From Bacteroidota bacterium (GTDB lineage Bacteria > Bacteroidota > Bacteroidia > Bacteroidales > Tannerellaceae): a DNA stretch of 64,000 nucleotides. Shown here piece by piece: positions 29,556-39,236 of this stretch; the stretch's first letter is position 1, and each line of letters opens with the position of its first letter. The notes under the pieces were generated by a model that searched no databases, was not told where the DNA came from, and saw only the letters and a program-made list of their open reading frames with translations. The stretch is taken from positions 63,848 to 127,847 of the forward strand of contig JAEYVY010000022.1 in the NCBI GenBank assembly GCA_023429375.1. Direction: 5' to 3'. The position numbers and the translations under genes were made by a program.

Positions 29556-30367
29556 ATTGAAAGGATTAGATCATAGGGAGCTTTCTGAATATCCGGATTA
29601 CTGAAATAGATATCCGTTGGCAGCTCCATTTCTGAAACATAATGGATGTAAAGTCTTAGTTTTGAGATCAAGTCTTTTTTGTAATCCCAGTTACCAAAGA
29701 TGCAGAGTCTGTCTTTAAGTTGACTCAGTCCGGCCTGTTGCCAGGCGCAGGTGATGAGATAGAGAACATCGTCTGGAGATGTATAGTCATAGGAATTGAT
29801 TTGTATCAATTCTCCATGTTTAAAGCAGGCAAGATCAATCGTTTTCTTATTTAGGATTACGTTCATGTGTTCACTAAAAGCCAATTCGTTTTGCACCTTC
29901 CAGTGGTTACACGGATAAGTCATGTGATGGATGAATTCCGGTTTGACAAAAGAACGGGTTAGAAACTCATAAACGTCTTTTTGTATGCCGAAAATTAAAT
30001 GTCCCTTTTTGGCCTTCAATTCGTTCGACAACTGAATGTCCATTGGATTGAAGAATGCATACTTCATTAGCTCGTCTTTCTTCTCCGCATCGTAAAAAGG
30101 ATCAGGAATGACAATGTAATTAGGTGTAAAGCAAAATATCCTCACTTTCTTATACGACCAAGCCAAGCATTCTTCCTCAAAGAAAGCTTCCTTGAGGGAA
30201 GTTGCATAATCTTTAGAACGATCGAACGTGAGTTGACGATAAAAGAAACTGTTTCGCTTATCAGGTATAGTTCCTGAAAAAGAAAATCCATCCGGAGTAA
30301 TCCGGATGGATAATATATATCTTTCAGAACTATTTGCTGTTAACGTATCAGGAATACTGACCGCCAT
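29546..30367 (-). CDS. DUF3822-family protein (function unknown)
   Basis: Size, the YILSIRITPDGFSF N-terminus and its position just upstream of rsmD match the Bacteroidota DUF3822 family as I remember it. No catalytic motif recognised. Confidence 0.6.
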   Translation of the reverse strand: MAVSIPDTLTANSSERYILSIRITPDGFSFSGTIPDKRNSFFYRQLTFDRSKDYATSLKEAFFEEECLAWSYKKVRIFCFTPNYIVIPDPFYDAEKKDELMKYAFFNPMDIQLSNELKAKKGHLIFGIQKDVYEFLTRSFVKPEFIHHMTYPCNHWKVQNELAFSEHMNVILNKKTIDLACFKHGELIQINSYDYTSPDDVLYLITCAWQQAGLSQLKDRLCIFGNWDYKKDLISKLRLYIHYVSEMELPTDIYFSNPDIQKAPYDLILSICE

Positions 30368-30387
30368 GTGTAAATAGTTTTATTGGT

Positions 30388-31014
30388 TTATTCCCAGTTA
30401 CCCGCGTTATTGTTGATTTCAGTCAAAGAACCAACGCGTAAACCAGCAAACTTATTATATACTTCAGCTTGGTGTTTCAAATTATATAACAACTGAGGAT
30501 CAAGGTCGCCTAGATAATCGTCATAACTAACGGCACATTCGAAAACCTTAACTGTATAACCAGAAGCTGATTGCAATGTAGCTGTGTCCATTTTGAATTC
30601 AATGTTAGTTCCAGGAACGAAACGCATAGCTGCAACATCATAATCTCTACCTAAGATAGTGTCTTTTGCTGGAATCCAGGTAGTATCACGTTTGATAAGA
30701 CCAAGCTTAACAGCTTCTTTTTCAGTTATACCTTTTTCTAACTGTTCGTCTGATAAAACACCTTCTTTAGTAATGAATGGCAACTTGTCTTCGTTTAAGA
30801 AACGTGCCAACTCATCAAAATTAGCAGCATGAACTCCGTATCTGTTCTTGTATTCGATCTGTGCTTTACGAATTTCAATCAAACGTTCCGTAATTGCTTT
30901 TGTACGGTCCTTGTTTGAGTCCTCAAAGCGAATTTGAGTCATCACGCTTTCGTAACACATATAAGTCAACAGGGCGATGGCTGCTACTAGTACTACTTGT
31001 AAAACAATTTTCAT
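30388..31014 (-). CDS. Hypothetical membrane-anchored protein
   Basis: Single N-terminal TM helix (IVLQVVLVAAIALLTYMCY) followed by a soluble ~180-aa domain. No motif recognised. Coding-like composition, 20 nt from the DUF3822 gene. Confidence 0.55.
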   Translation of the reverse strand: MKIVLQVVLVAAIALLTYMCYESVMTQIRFEDSNKDRTKAITERLIEIRKAQIEYKNRYGVHAANFDELARFLNEDKLPFITKEGVLSDEQLEKGITEKEAVKLGLIKRDTTWIPAKDTILGRDYDVAAMRFVPGTNIEFKMDTATLQSASGYTVKVFECAVSYDDYLGDLDPQLLYNLKHQAEVYNKFAGLRVGSLTEINNNAGNWE

Positions 31015-31108
31015 GGTTTATATTTTTATTTTAATTTATTTCGTTCGGCAAATTTAAAAAAGAATATTAAATCAACTATCTTTATCATTAAAATTATTGA
31101 TTACAAAA

Positions 31109-32536
31109 ATGATAAATAGTTATTTGCGCAGCCAAGTTATACAAAATTTCTCATATACTCCCACAGATAATCAGTTTTTCGCACTAAATATAATTTGTGA
31201 TTTTTTGCTATCCCATGAAAGTGATACCATATTTGTTCTGACCGGTTATGCCGGAACCGGAAAAACTTCATTGATTGGAGCTTTGGTTAAGACGATGAAG
31301 CTCTTGAAACAGTCGTGTGTACTCCTTGCTCCAACAGGAAGAGCGGCTAAAGTTTTTTCATCTTATGCTGATGAGCCTGCAAATACGATTCATAAGAAAA
31401 TTTACCGTCAAAAATCATTTGCAAATGAAGCCGGAGGTTTTGATTCGGCCTATAATGCACATAAAGACACTTTGTTTATTGTTGATGAGGCTTCAATGAT
31501 CTCGAATGGAGGCTTCGAAACATCTGTATTCGGTACCGGACGACTTCTTGATGACTTGATTCATTACGTTTATTCGGGCGAGAACTGTCGCTTGCTCTTG
31601 TTGGGAGATACAGCTCAGCTTCCTCCTGTTTCGCAAATAGAAAGCCCTGCATTAAACAAGGACATACTTAAAGGCTACGGGCTGACAGTATTTGAAGCGG
31701 CGTTAACCCAGGTGGTCAGACAAGATATGGAATCGGGTATCTTGTTTAATGCTACAACCATCCGTGAGCACCTCCATGCCAATGAAGTGGAAATGTTTCC
31801 GAAACTTTATATCAAAGGATATGAAGATTTGCGTCTAGTCTCTGGAGAAGATTTGATTGAAACGATTTCGACGGCTTATAGTCGCGATGGGGTAGAAGAG
31901 ACGATGATAGTTACCCGTTCGAACAAGAGGGCTAACATTTATAACAATGGAATACGAAACCGTATCTTGTACAGAGAAGAAGAAATCAGTTCGGGCGACC
32001 GTCTGATGGTTGTAAAGAATAACTATTATTGGCGCTCGAAAGAAAAGACAGCAGAGAAGGCAGCCGGCTTTGTTGCGAATGGCGAGATCGTGCAAGTATT
32101 GCGCGTAAGGAATACATCCGAAATGTATGGCTTTCGTTTTGCCGATGTGTTGGTCCGTTTTCAGGATGACGACACGGAAGCCGAAGTGAAGATACTATTA
32201 GATGTTTTGCAGACAGAAGCACCGGCTTTGCCTAAAGAAATGAGTGAACGTCTTTTTTATGCAGTTTTGGAAGATTACTCCGATATTTCAACGAAGGCAG
32301 GAAAGATGAAAAAACTGAAGGAAGATGTATGGTATAATGCCCTGCAAGTTAAGTATGCCTATGCAATGACTTGCCATAAAGCCCAGGGCGGACAGTGGAT
32401 GAATGTGTTTCTGGACTTTGGATATATCACGGAAGAAATGCTCGGTGAAGATTTCTATCGTTGGTTGTATACGGCCTTGACCCGTGCCACTCACCGATTG
32501 TATTTTGTTAACCTTCCAGATGAATTCCTGGCCTAA
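31109..32536 (+). CDS. RecD-like SF1 DNA helicase / AAA_30 ATPase
   Basis: Walker A GYAGTGKTS, Walker B LFIVDEASM, and C-terminal UvrD_C_2-like AMTCHKAQGGQW...ALTRAT. The first ATG is at 31109; the track's 31097 start is TTG. Confidence 0.85.
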   Translation: MINSYLRSQVIQNFSYTPTDNQFFALNIICDFLLSHESDTIFVLTGYAGTGKTSLIGALVKTMKLLKQSCVLLAPTGRAAKVFSSYADEPANTIHKKIYRQKSFANEAGGFDSAYNAHKDTLFIVDEASMISNGGFETSVFGTGRLLDDLIHYVYSGENCRLLLLGDTAQLPPVSQIESPALNKDILKGYGLTVFEAALTQVVRQDMESGILFNATTIREHLHANEVEMFPKLYIKGYEDLRLVSGEDLIETISTAYSRDGVEETMIVTRSNKRANIYNNGIRNRILYREEEISSGDRLMVVKNNYYWRSKEKTAEKAAGFVANGEIVQVLRVRNTSEMYGFRFADVLVRFQDDDTEAEVKILLDVLQTEAPALPKEMSERLFYAVLEDYSDISTKAGKMKKLKEDVWYNALQVKYAYAMTCHKAQGGQWMNVFLDFGYITEEMLGEDFYRWLYTALTRATHRLYFVNLPDEFLA

Positions 32537-32564
32537 GTAAGTGATAGAATTCATCTTCTTATGT

Positions 32565-32572
32565 TACCTTTG
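32565..32572 (+). promoter_or_regulatory. -7-type promoter box TACCTTTG upstream of rnr
   Basis: Exact TAnnTTTG match, 45 nt before the rnr ATG. Confidence 0.45.
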
Positions 32573-32617
32573 CAAAGAGGCTCGTTCATATATCAGCTAA
32601 CTTAAAAGTATTAGAAT

Positions 32618-34801
32618 ATGACAAAAAATAAAAATAAATCAGGAAAGAATAAAGAAAATAATATAGAGAAAAAATCGAAATCTAAAGGACCGCGCATGCG
32701 CAAAGAAGCCATGCTGCAGGCGATTTTATCTCTTTTCCATTCTTCTCCGAAGGAGCTGTTCAATTATAAACAAGTCAGCAAGTTAATCGGCGTAGAGAAT
32801 GCTGTTCAAAAAATACAGGTTTCTGATATACTCTATGACCTTTCTGCCGACGATATAATAACGGAGGTAGACCGTGGGCGTTTTCGTTTGAATAGTCTGG
32901 GTACCTTGGCGATTGGAACATTTATGCGCCGCAGTAACGGAAAAAACTCCTTTATCCCGGAAGATGGCGGAAGTCCTGTCTTTGTTGCTGAGCGTAATGC
33001 GATGCATGCAATGGACGGCGATAAAGTAAAAGTTCAGTTGCTTGCCAAGCGAAGAGGAGCGGAGCCCGAAGCTGAAGTGCTCGAAGTACTCGAAAGAAAA
33101 GAAAAAGTATACGTAGGGAAATTACAGGTTGCCAAAGGATTTGCCTTCCTTGTAACCGAAGATAAGACCTTAGCTAATGATATCTTCATTCCAAAAGAAA
33201 AACTGAACGGAGGTAAGAATGGCGATAAAGCCATTGTCCGTATCGTGGAATGGCCCGAAGAGGCAAAGAATCCGTTGGGTGAGGTGGTCGATGTATTGGG
33301 AAAAGCCGGACAGAATACGGCAGAAATGCATGCTATACTTGCCGAATTTGGGTTACCCTATAAATATCCTGCATCTGTAGAACGAGCAGCCGATAAGATT
33401 CCGGAACAAATACCTGAAGAGGAGATTGCAAAACGGGAGGACTTCCGAAATGTGCTGACCTTTACGATAGATCCGAAAGATGCGAAAGACTTTGACGACG
33501 CCCTTTCTTTCCGTCGCCTGGAAAATGGAAACGTGGAAGTCGGTGTGCATATTGCCGATGTTACCTATTATGTTACACCGGGAAGCATCATTGATCGCGA
33601 GGCAGAAAGCAGGGCTACCTCAGTTTATCTGGTAGACCGTACAATCCCCATGCTGCCCGAACGATTGTGTAACTTGATCTGCTCGCTTCGTCCGGATGAA
33701 GAGAAGTTGTGTTTCTCTTGTGTTTTCGAACTAAACAAAGAAGCAGAGATTCTTAATTACCGTATATGCCGCACGATTATTAAGAGTGACCGACGTTACA
33801 CTTATGAAGAAGCGCAAGAAGTAATAGAAAATGGCGAGGGCGAAAATAAGGATGCAATTCTGACTTTAGACGCATTGGCGAAGAAACTTCGTGCCCGTCG
33901 CTTTAAGAACGGAGCCATCAATTTTGAACGCTATGAAGTCAAATTTGAGATCGATGAAAACGGTAAGCCGTTGAGCGTATACTTTAAAGAGTCGAAAGAT
34001 GCAAACAAATTGATCGAAGAGTTTATGCTTCTAGCCAACCGGACAGTTGCCGAATTTGTCGGTAAAGTTAAAAAAGGACAAGCTAAGAAGACGTTTGTAT
34101 ACCGTATACACGAGCTGCCGGATCCCGACAAAATGGAAAATTTTGCCACCTTCATTCGCCGCTTTGGTTATCGCCTGAAGATAGACGGTAGTAAAGCCGA
34201 TGTTTCCAAAGGAATCAACAGTTTGTTGGATACCGTGCAAGGTAAACCTGAAGAAAATCTGATCGAGACTGTTGCCATCCGTGCCATGCAAAAGGCAAAA
34301 TATTCTACCGACAATGCCGGTCACTACGGATTAGCGTTCGATTACTATACCCATTTCACTTCACCCATCCGCCGTTATCCGGATATGATGGTGCACAGAC
34401 TGCTTGAACGTTATCTGGCGGGAGGTCGCAGTGTGATAAAGAGTAAGTATGAAGATATATGCGAACATTGTTCTTCTATGGAACAGACCGCAGCCAATGC
34501 TGAGCGAGCCTCAATAAAATACAAGCAAGTGGAATTTATGAGCGATAAGCTCGGACGTGTTTACGACGGAGTCATATCAGGAGTGACCGAATGGGGACTT
34601 TATGTTGAGCTAAACGAAAATAAGTGCGAAGGGCTTGTTCCAATTCGCGATCTGGATGACGATTATTATGAATTTGATGATAAGAACTATTGCTTGATTG
34701 GTAGAAGAAAGAAACGTCAATATCGATTGGGCGACCCGATTACCATCAAGGTAGCACAGGCAAATCTTGAACGAAAGCAGCTTGATTTTGTGATGGTCTG
34801 A
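32618..34801 (+). CDS. rnr: Ribonuclease R
   Basis: Lys-rich N-terminus, cold-shock/OB domains, RNB catalytic core (FTIDPKDAKDFDDA, HYGLA...YTHFTSPIRRYPD) and a C-terminal S1 domain. Confidence 0.95.
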   Translation: MTKNKNKSGKNKENNIEKKSKSKGPRMRKEAMLQAILSLFHSSPKELFNYKQVSKLIGVENAVQKIQVSDILYDLSADDIITEVDRGRFRLNSLGTLAIGTFMRRSNGKNSFIPEDGGSPVFVAERNAMHAMDGDKVKVQLLAKRRGAEPEAEVLEVLERKEKVYVGKLQVAKGFAFLVTEDKTLANDIFIPKEKLNGGKNGDKAIVRIVEWPEEAKNPLGEVVDVLGKAGQNTAEMHAILAEFGLPYKYPASVERAADKIPEQIPEEEIAKREDFRNVLTFTIDPKDAKDFDDALSFRRLENGNVEVGVHIADVTYYVTPGSIIDREAESRATSVYLVDRTIPMLPERLCNLICSLRPDEEKLCFSCVFELNKEAEILNYRICRTIIKSDRRYTYEEAQEVIENGEGENKDAILTLDALAKKLRARRFKNGAINFERYEVKFEIDENGKPLSVYFKESKDANKLIEEFMLLANRTVAEFVGKVKKGQAKKTFVYRIHELPDPDKMENFATFIRRFGYRLKIDGSKADVSKGINSLLDTVQGKPEENLIETVAIRAMQKAKYSTDNAGHYGLAFDYYTHFTSPIRRYPDMMVHRLLERYLAGGRSVIKSKYEDICEHCSSMEQTAANAERASIKYKQVEFMSDKLGRVYDGVISGVTEWGLYVELNENKCEGLVPIRDLDDDYYEFDDKNYCLIGRRKKRQYRLGDPITIKVAQANLERKQLDFVMV

Positions 34802-34868
34802 TTCGAAGGTACATCTCGATGTGAGTTTTCAAAAAATAGGCATTGAAAATCAATGCCATAATCGATTT

Positions 34869-34956
34869 AAAAAAACATCTCGAACGTTTTTAAAAAACAC
34901 CTCGATCATTTTTTAAAACGTTCGGGATGTTTTTTAAAAATCATCGGGATGTTTTT
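34869..34956. terminator. Four-unit A-tract/core/T-tract inverted-repeat block shared by convergent rnr and dusB
   Basis: Unit A is 34869-34891, B 34892-34914, A' 34915-34935 and B' 34936-34956. A and A' form a 20-bp duplex with one G-U. B and B' are imperfectly complementary. A separate 8-bp hairpin GGCATTGA/TCAATGCC lies at 34839-34857. Confidence 0.6.
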
Positions 34957-34968
34957 GTGCTATGATTA

Positions 34969-35982
34969 TCAAGGCGTAGCGACATCGTGGTGAGAGTTCT
35001 GAATTTGGAGCATTTCGGGGATCTTATCTAAAATGCCAAATAATTCGTCTACTGTGGTTGCCCGCAACATGGCGACACGTGTTGATTTGAAATCGGCCAA
35101 TCCCTTAAATAAGGGCGTTGCAGCCAGATGACGACGTACATGGATAATTCCTCTGCGTTCATCAAGCCGTTCGATGCTTTGTCTGATTTGCTCTTTCAAT
35201 ATGTCGAGATACCACATGAATGGCTCAGGTGCGAGTTCCTCGCCTGTCTTCAGATAATGCTTTGCCTCACGGAATATCCATGGACGACCAATACTTCCTC
35301 GTCCAATCATGACAGCATCTACGCCATACGTGTCAAATCGTTCTTTACATGTGATAGCCGAAGTGACATCTCCGTTTCCGATAATTGGGATGTGCATGCG
35401 CGGGTTCTCCTTCACTTTGCCAATTAGCGTCCAGTCTGCTTCACCTGAATAAAGCTGACAACGGGTGCGTCCGTGAATGGTCAGGGCTGCTATACCGCAA
35501 TCTTGCAATTGTTCGGCCAACTCAACGATGATTTGACTGTCTGAATCCCATCCAAGGCGTGTTTTTACAGTGACCGGAATGTTTACGGTCTTAACTATTT
35601 CTCTTGTGATTTCGAGCATGAGAGGAACATTGCGCAGCATGCCTGACCCGGCTCCTTTGCCGGCCACTTTCTTTACCGGACAGCCAAAGTTGATATCCAG
35701 AATATCCGGTTTGGCTTCTTCGCAAATCCGTGCTGCTTCAACCATCGAGTCTACATCGCGTCCATATATTTGGATGGCAACGGGACGTTCTTCCTCGGCG
35801 ACAACTAATTTTTGTTTGGTCTTGTTTACGTGACGTATTAATGCATCGGAAGAAACAAATTCTGTATAAACCATATCGGCTCCAAATCGTTTGCACATCA
35901 AGCGAAAAGCTATGTCTGTTACATCTTCCATTGGGGCCAGAAAAACGGGGCGCTCCCCTAAATCTATATTGCCAATTTTCAT
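34969..35982 (-). CDS. dusB: tRNA-dihydrouridine synthase
   Basis: LAPMEDVTD, INFGCPVKKV (catalytic Cys), TVKTRLGW and TIHGRT motifs. Confidence 0.93.
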   Translation of the reverse strand: MKIGNIDLGERPVFLAPMEDVTDIAFRLMCKRFGADMVYTEFVSSDALIRHVNKTKQKLVVAEEERPVAIQIYGRDVDSMVEAARICEEAKPDILDINFGCPVKKVAGKGAGSGMLRNVPLMLEITREIVKTVNIPVTVKTRLGWDSDSQIIVELAEQLQDCGIAALTIHGRTRCQLYSGEADWTLIGKVKENPRMHIPIIGNGDVTSAITCKERFDTYGVDAVMIGRGSIGRPWIFREAKHYLKTGEELAPEPFMWYLDILKEQIRQSIERLDERRGIIHVRRHLAATPLFKGLADFKSTRVAMLRATTVDELFGILDKIPEMLQIQNSHHDVATP

Positions 35983-36057
35983 ACCTATCTAAAATAAATG
36001 AGCAGCAAAGATACGGATTTTGTCCGAACTCTTTACTGCTCAAATAGTTTGTATGAA

Positions 36058-37062
36058 TTACTTAAGGCCTAAAGCACTTACTAAAAGGTATATCAATGCT
36101 GCTAATAGACCGCTTACCGGAATGGTCAAAATCCATGCCCAAAGCAGGTTGATGGTAACGCCCCAACGAACTGCCGAGAGTCGTTTAACGGCACCAACAC
36201 CCATAATAGCTCCGGTAATAGTATGTGTTGTACTTACTGGAATCTTTAGTATCTCGGTAAGGAAAAGCGTCATCGCTCCTGCCGTTTCGGCACAAACTCC
36301 TTCCAGCGAAGTCACTTTGGTGATTTTAGTACCCATCGTTTTTACGATTTTCCAACCACCCATCATGGTACCTATACTAATGGCTCCGAAACAAGAAATG
36401 GGAACCCAATCCGGAACGTTTTGAACCGAATCAATTTGTCCTACGGCAATCATCGCAGTGGCGATTATACCCATTACTTTCTGTGAGTCGTTCAATCCAT
36501 GCCCTAAACTGAAGAGTCCGGAAGAAACTAACTGAAGCTTCTTGAATGAGTTCTCTGCTTTACGTGCACTGACACGTTTAAACGACCAGAGTACGATGAG
36601 GGTGATAATAGACGACATAATCATACCAATCAGAGGAGCTAGAACGATAAACGAGGCAATCTTAATGATAACTCCTGTGTGGATCGAACTAAACCCCGCA
36701 CCGCAGATAGCGGCACCGGCAAAACCCCCGATTAAGGTATGTGATGAAGAGGAAGGTATACCAAGCCACCAAGTCAGCAAATTCCAGCTGATTGCTGCTA
36801 TTAGACCTGATAGGATAATAGGTAGGGTGATGAATTCTTCTAATACGACTTTGGAAACCGTATCAGCGATTCCAAATTCACCAATGATGTAGCGGGCAAC
36901 GAAAAAAGCCAAGAAATTAAAGAATGCCGCCCAAAGAACAGCTTGAAACGGAGTAAGTACCCTGGTAGATACTATCGTAGCTATCGAATTAGCTGCGTCA
37001 TGAAATCCGTTGATAAAATCAAAGATGATTGCTAAGACAATAATCGTTATTAGTAGTGTCAT
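36058..37062 (-). CDS. PiT-family inorganic phosphate transporter
   Basis: Duplicated GFHDAANS / GLNDSQK signature pair (PHO4 family) and about 10 TM helices. Confidence 0.92.
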   Translation of the reverse strand: MTLLITIIVLAIIFDFINGFHDAANSIATIVSTRVLTPFQAVLWAAFFNFLAFFVARYIIGEFGIADTVSKVVLEEFITLPIILSGLIAAISWNLLTWWLGIPSSSSHTLIGGFAGAAICGAGFSSIHTGVIIKIASFIVLAPLIGMIMSSIITLIVLWSFKRVSARKAENSFKKLQLVSSGLFSLGHGLNDSQKVMGIIATAMIAVGQIDSVQNVPDWVPISCFGAISIGTMMGGWKIVKTMGTKITKVTSLEGVCAETAGAMTLFLTEILKIPVSTTHTITGAIMGVGAVKRLSAVRWGVTINLLWAWILTIPVSGLLAALIYLLVSALGLK

Positions 37063-37075
37063 AATCTTTCTTTTA

Positions 37076-37726
37076 TCAGGCGTACTTTACAAGAATAGCT
37101 TTTAGAACCTTTCCTATATTATTAATCTTATTAGCAGATTTCTCCAATTCCTGAATAATCTCTTTAAGCTTAATCAATTCAACAGTGTTTGTTTCGTGCT
37201 TAAATAAATGTATGATTCCATCTTCGTAAACAACATCTGCCTCTTCTTCCATCTTTTTAATGTCGTTGCAATGTTTGCGGAATTGATTGTCAGTTTTTTT
37301 AAGTTTAGAGAGCTCTTTTACTGCATATTGTACCTCTTTACTCGCTTTTTTAACGATTTCTGACAATGCTTCCGTACATTTAGGAAGGTGGTAAGGATCG
37401 TAAAGTAATACTTTATGAGCAGCACGGTTGATTGCGTCGATGGCATCGTCGATTCCATCTGTCAGCTCGTAGATGTCTTCGCGATCGAAAGGTGTAATGA
37501 AAGTTTCATTAAGCGCTTGTATGATGCGACCCGTTACTTTGTCGCCTTTAAGCTCTTCTGCTTTGATTAGTCTACAGAGTTCTGTACGGTTTTCGCCTTC
37601 TTTGGGGTCGAATAGCTGTGCCAACAGGTCGGCCGAGTTGACTAGTGCATCTGTTGCTTCATTTAACATGGGGAAGAACTTAACGTCCTTTGGAGCAAAG
37701 AAGCTCAATAAGCTGTTAATTTTCAT
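37076..37726 (-). CDS. DUF47 (PhoU-like) phosphate-transport accessory protein
   Basis: All-helical ~216-aa product with a FITPFDREDI motif, immediately upstream of the PiT gene (the classic pairing). Start moved to MKINSLLSFF. Confidence 0.88.
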   Translation of the reverse strand: MKINSLLSFFAPKDVKFFPMLNEATDALVNSADLLAQLFDPKEGENRTELCRLIKAEELKGDKVTGRIIQALNETFITPFDREDIYELTDGIDDAIDAINRAAHKVLLYDPYHLPKCTEALSEIVKKASKEVQYAVKELSKLKKTDNQFRKHCNDIKKMEEEADVVYEDGIIHLFKHETNTVELIKLKEIIQELEKSANKINNIGKVLKAILVKYA

Positions 37727-37939
37727 TATTGGATGTTTTTTTAAAATATAAAAATGTAAGACCATGAGGTCTGTAGAGTAAATAAATAAGGCGGGAGGCC
37801 AAACAATACCTCATCGATTCTTGAGAAAACGTATCAAAAATATAATAATAATTTAAATTAACTTCTATCTGAGCCTTACTTTTTGAAAGCAATGGACGAA
37901 ATGATACTAAAATGTCATAAAATCTGATTGTTGTTTTTT

Positions 37940-37947
37940 TATCTTTG
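37940..37947 (+). promoter_or_regulatory. -7-type promoter box TATCTTTG upstream of the MFS gene
   Basis: TAnnTTTG match, 30 nt before ATG 37978. Confidence 0.4.
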
Positions 37948-37977
37948 CTTAATTTTGAATATAAAGATGCCAATTAT

Positions 37978-39192
37978 ATGACAACAGTACAACAGCAAGT
38001 TTTTAATAAAGAACAGGCCAGATATGCTACCCTTTCTTTTTTTCTGGCACAGGGATTGTGTTTTTCTTCATGGGCGAGCCGGATTCCGGATATTAAAGAA
38101 ATTTTTGCTTCTGACTATCTCTTCTATTGGGGGTTGATTCTTTTTCTTATCCCGGTTGGTAAATTTCTGGCCATTCCAATTGCAGGATATTTAGTGACGA
38201 AATTGAGCAGCAGCGTGATGGTCCGCTTCAGTATTGCCGGTTATGCACTTTCGTTGTTGGCAATTGGATGGGTTCCTTCAATCTATTTGCTCGGTGTCTT
38301 TTTGTTCTCTTTTGGTATTTTCTGGAACCTCTGCGATATATCGCTCAACACACAAGGAATAGCGATAGAGCGTGCTTACGGACGAGCCATTATCGCTTCT
38401 TTTCATGGAGGATGGAGCTTGGCTGCTTGTTTGGGAGCCTTGATTGGTTTTGGAATGATTGTCTGGGAGGTCTCTCCGGGTTATCACTTTTTGTTAATAG
38501 CTTTACTGATTGGGATCATATTGCTAATCAGCGGTCGTTATTTGACGAATGACAGACCGGCAGAATCTACAGAAAAAACGAAAGAAAAAGGCGAAAAACC
38601 TTGGTATCTGAAGAAACCGGAAACTCTTTTATTGCAACTAGGGCTTGTAGGACTATTTGCTTTAGTTATTGAAGGAGCTATGTTTGACTGGAGCGGTGTC
38701 TATTTTGAGTCTGTTTTGCAAGTACCGAAGTCGCTTCAGATTGGCTTTCTTGTATTTATGGTTATGATGACGGTTGGCCGTTTTCTCACGAACTATGCTT
38801 ATGGATTGTGGGGAAAGCGCAGAGTGCTTCAATTAGCGGGAACATTCATCTTTATAGGATTCTTTACAACTGGTCTTCTGGCCGGATTTTTTGAAGGACT
38901 GATAGCTAAGGTTATTGTTAACTCACTGGGCTTTATGCTTGTTGGCTTAGGAATCTCCTGCATAGTGCCTACAAACTATAGTTTTGTGGGTGCAAAGTCG
39001 AAAACACCTGTAGGTATTGCATTAACAATTCTGTCAAGCATTAGTTTTATCGGATCACTGATAGCTCCTTTATTGATAGGTGGTATATCACAATTGTTTA
39101 ATATGCAATATGCTTATCTCGTAGTAGGTGTTATGGGCTTGTTCATCGTACTGATGGCTACATTCAGTGAAGCGTATAAAACAGAATCATAA
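37978..39192 (+). CDS. MFS transporter
   Basis: Twelve predicted TM helices with a central hydrophilic loop (DRPAESTEKTKEKGEKPW). The first ATG is at 37978; the track start 37945 is TTG. Confidence 0.8.
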   Translation: MTTVQQQVFNKEQARYATLSFFLAQGLCFSSWASRIPDIKEIFASDYLFYWGLILFLIPVGKFLAIPIAGYLVTKLSSSVMVRFSIAGYALSLLAIGWVPSIYLLGVFLFSFGIFWNLCDISLNTQGIAIERAYGRAIIASFHGGWSLAACLGALIGFGMIVWEVSPGYHFLLIALLIGIILLISGRYLTNDRPAESTEKTKEKGEKPWYLKKPETLLLQLGLVGLFALVIEGAMFDWSGVYFESVLQVPKSLQIGFLVFMVMMTVGRFLTNYAYGLWGKRRVLQLAGTFIFIGFFTTGLLAGFFEGLIAKVIVNSLGFMLVGLGISCIVPTNYSFVGAKSKTPVGIALTILSSISFIGSLIAPLLIGGISQLFNMQYAYLVVGVMGLFIVLMATFSEAYKTES

Positions 39193-39224
39193 AAAAATGC
39201 CGGACTGTCAATCCGGCATTTTTT
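39193..39224. terminator. Bidirectional intrinsic terminator between the MFS and PfkB kinase genes
   Basis: AAAAAA-ATGCCGGA-ctgtcaa-TCCGGCAT-TTTTT, a symmetric A/T-flanked 8-bp GC-rich stem. Confidence 0.8.
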
Positions 39225-39236
39225 GTATATGTCTAA

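Noticed and set aside
31109-32536. RecD-like helicase plus adjacent hypothetical genes as a defence module
   Set aside because: The helicase is divergently transcribed from the hypotheticals and has no nuclease or sensor fusion. It sits between rsmD-operon genes and rnr in what looks like conserved core synteny.
37716-37973. 85-aa minus-strand ORF in the DUF47-MFS spacer
   Set aside because: It is AT-rich with an implausible composition. It overlaps the DUF47 start region and the MFS promoter box, and no motif is present.
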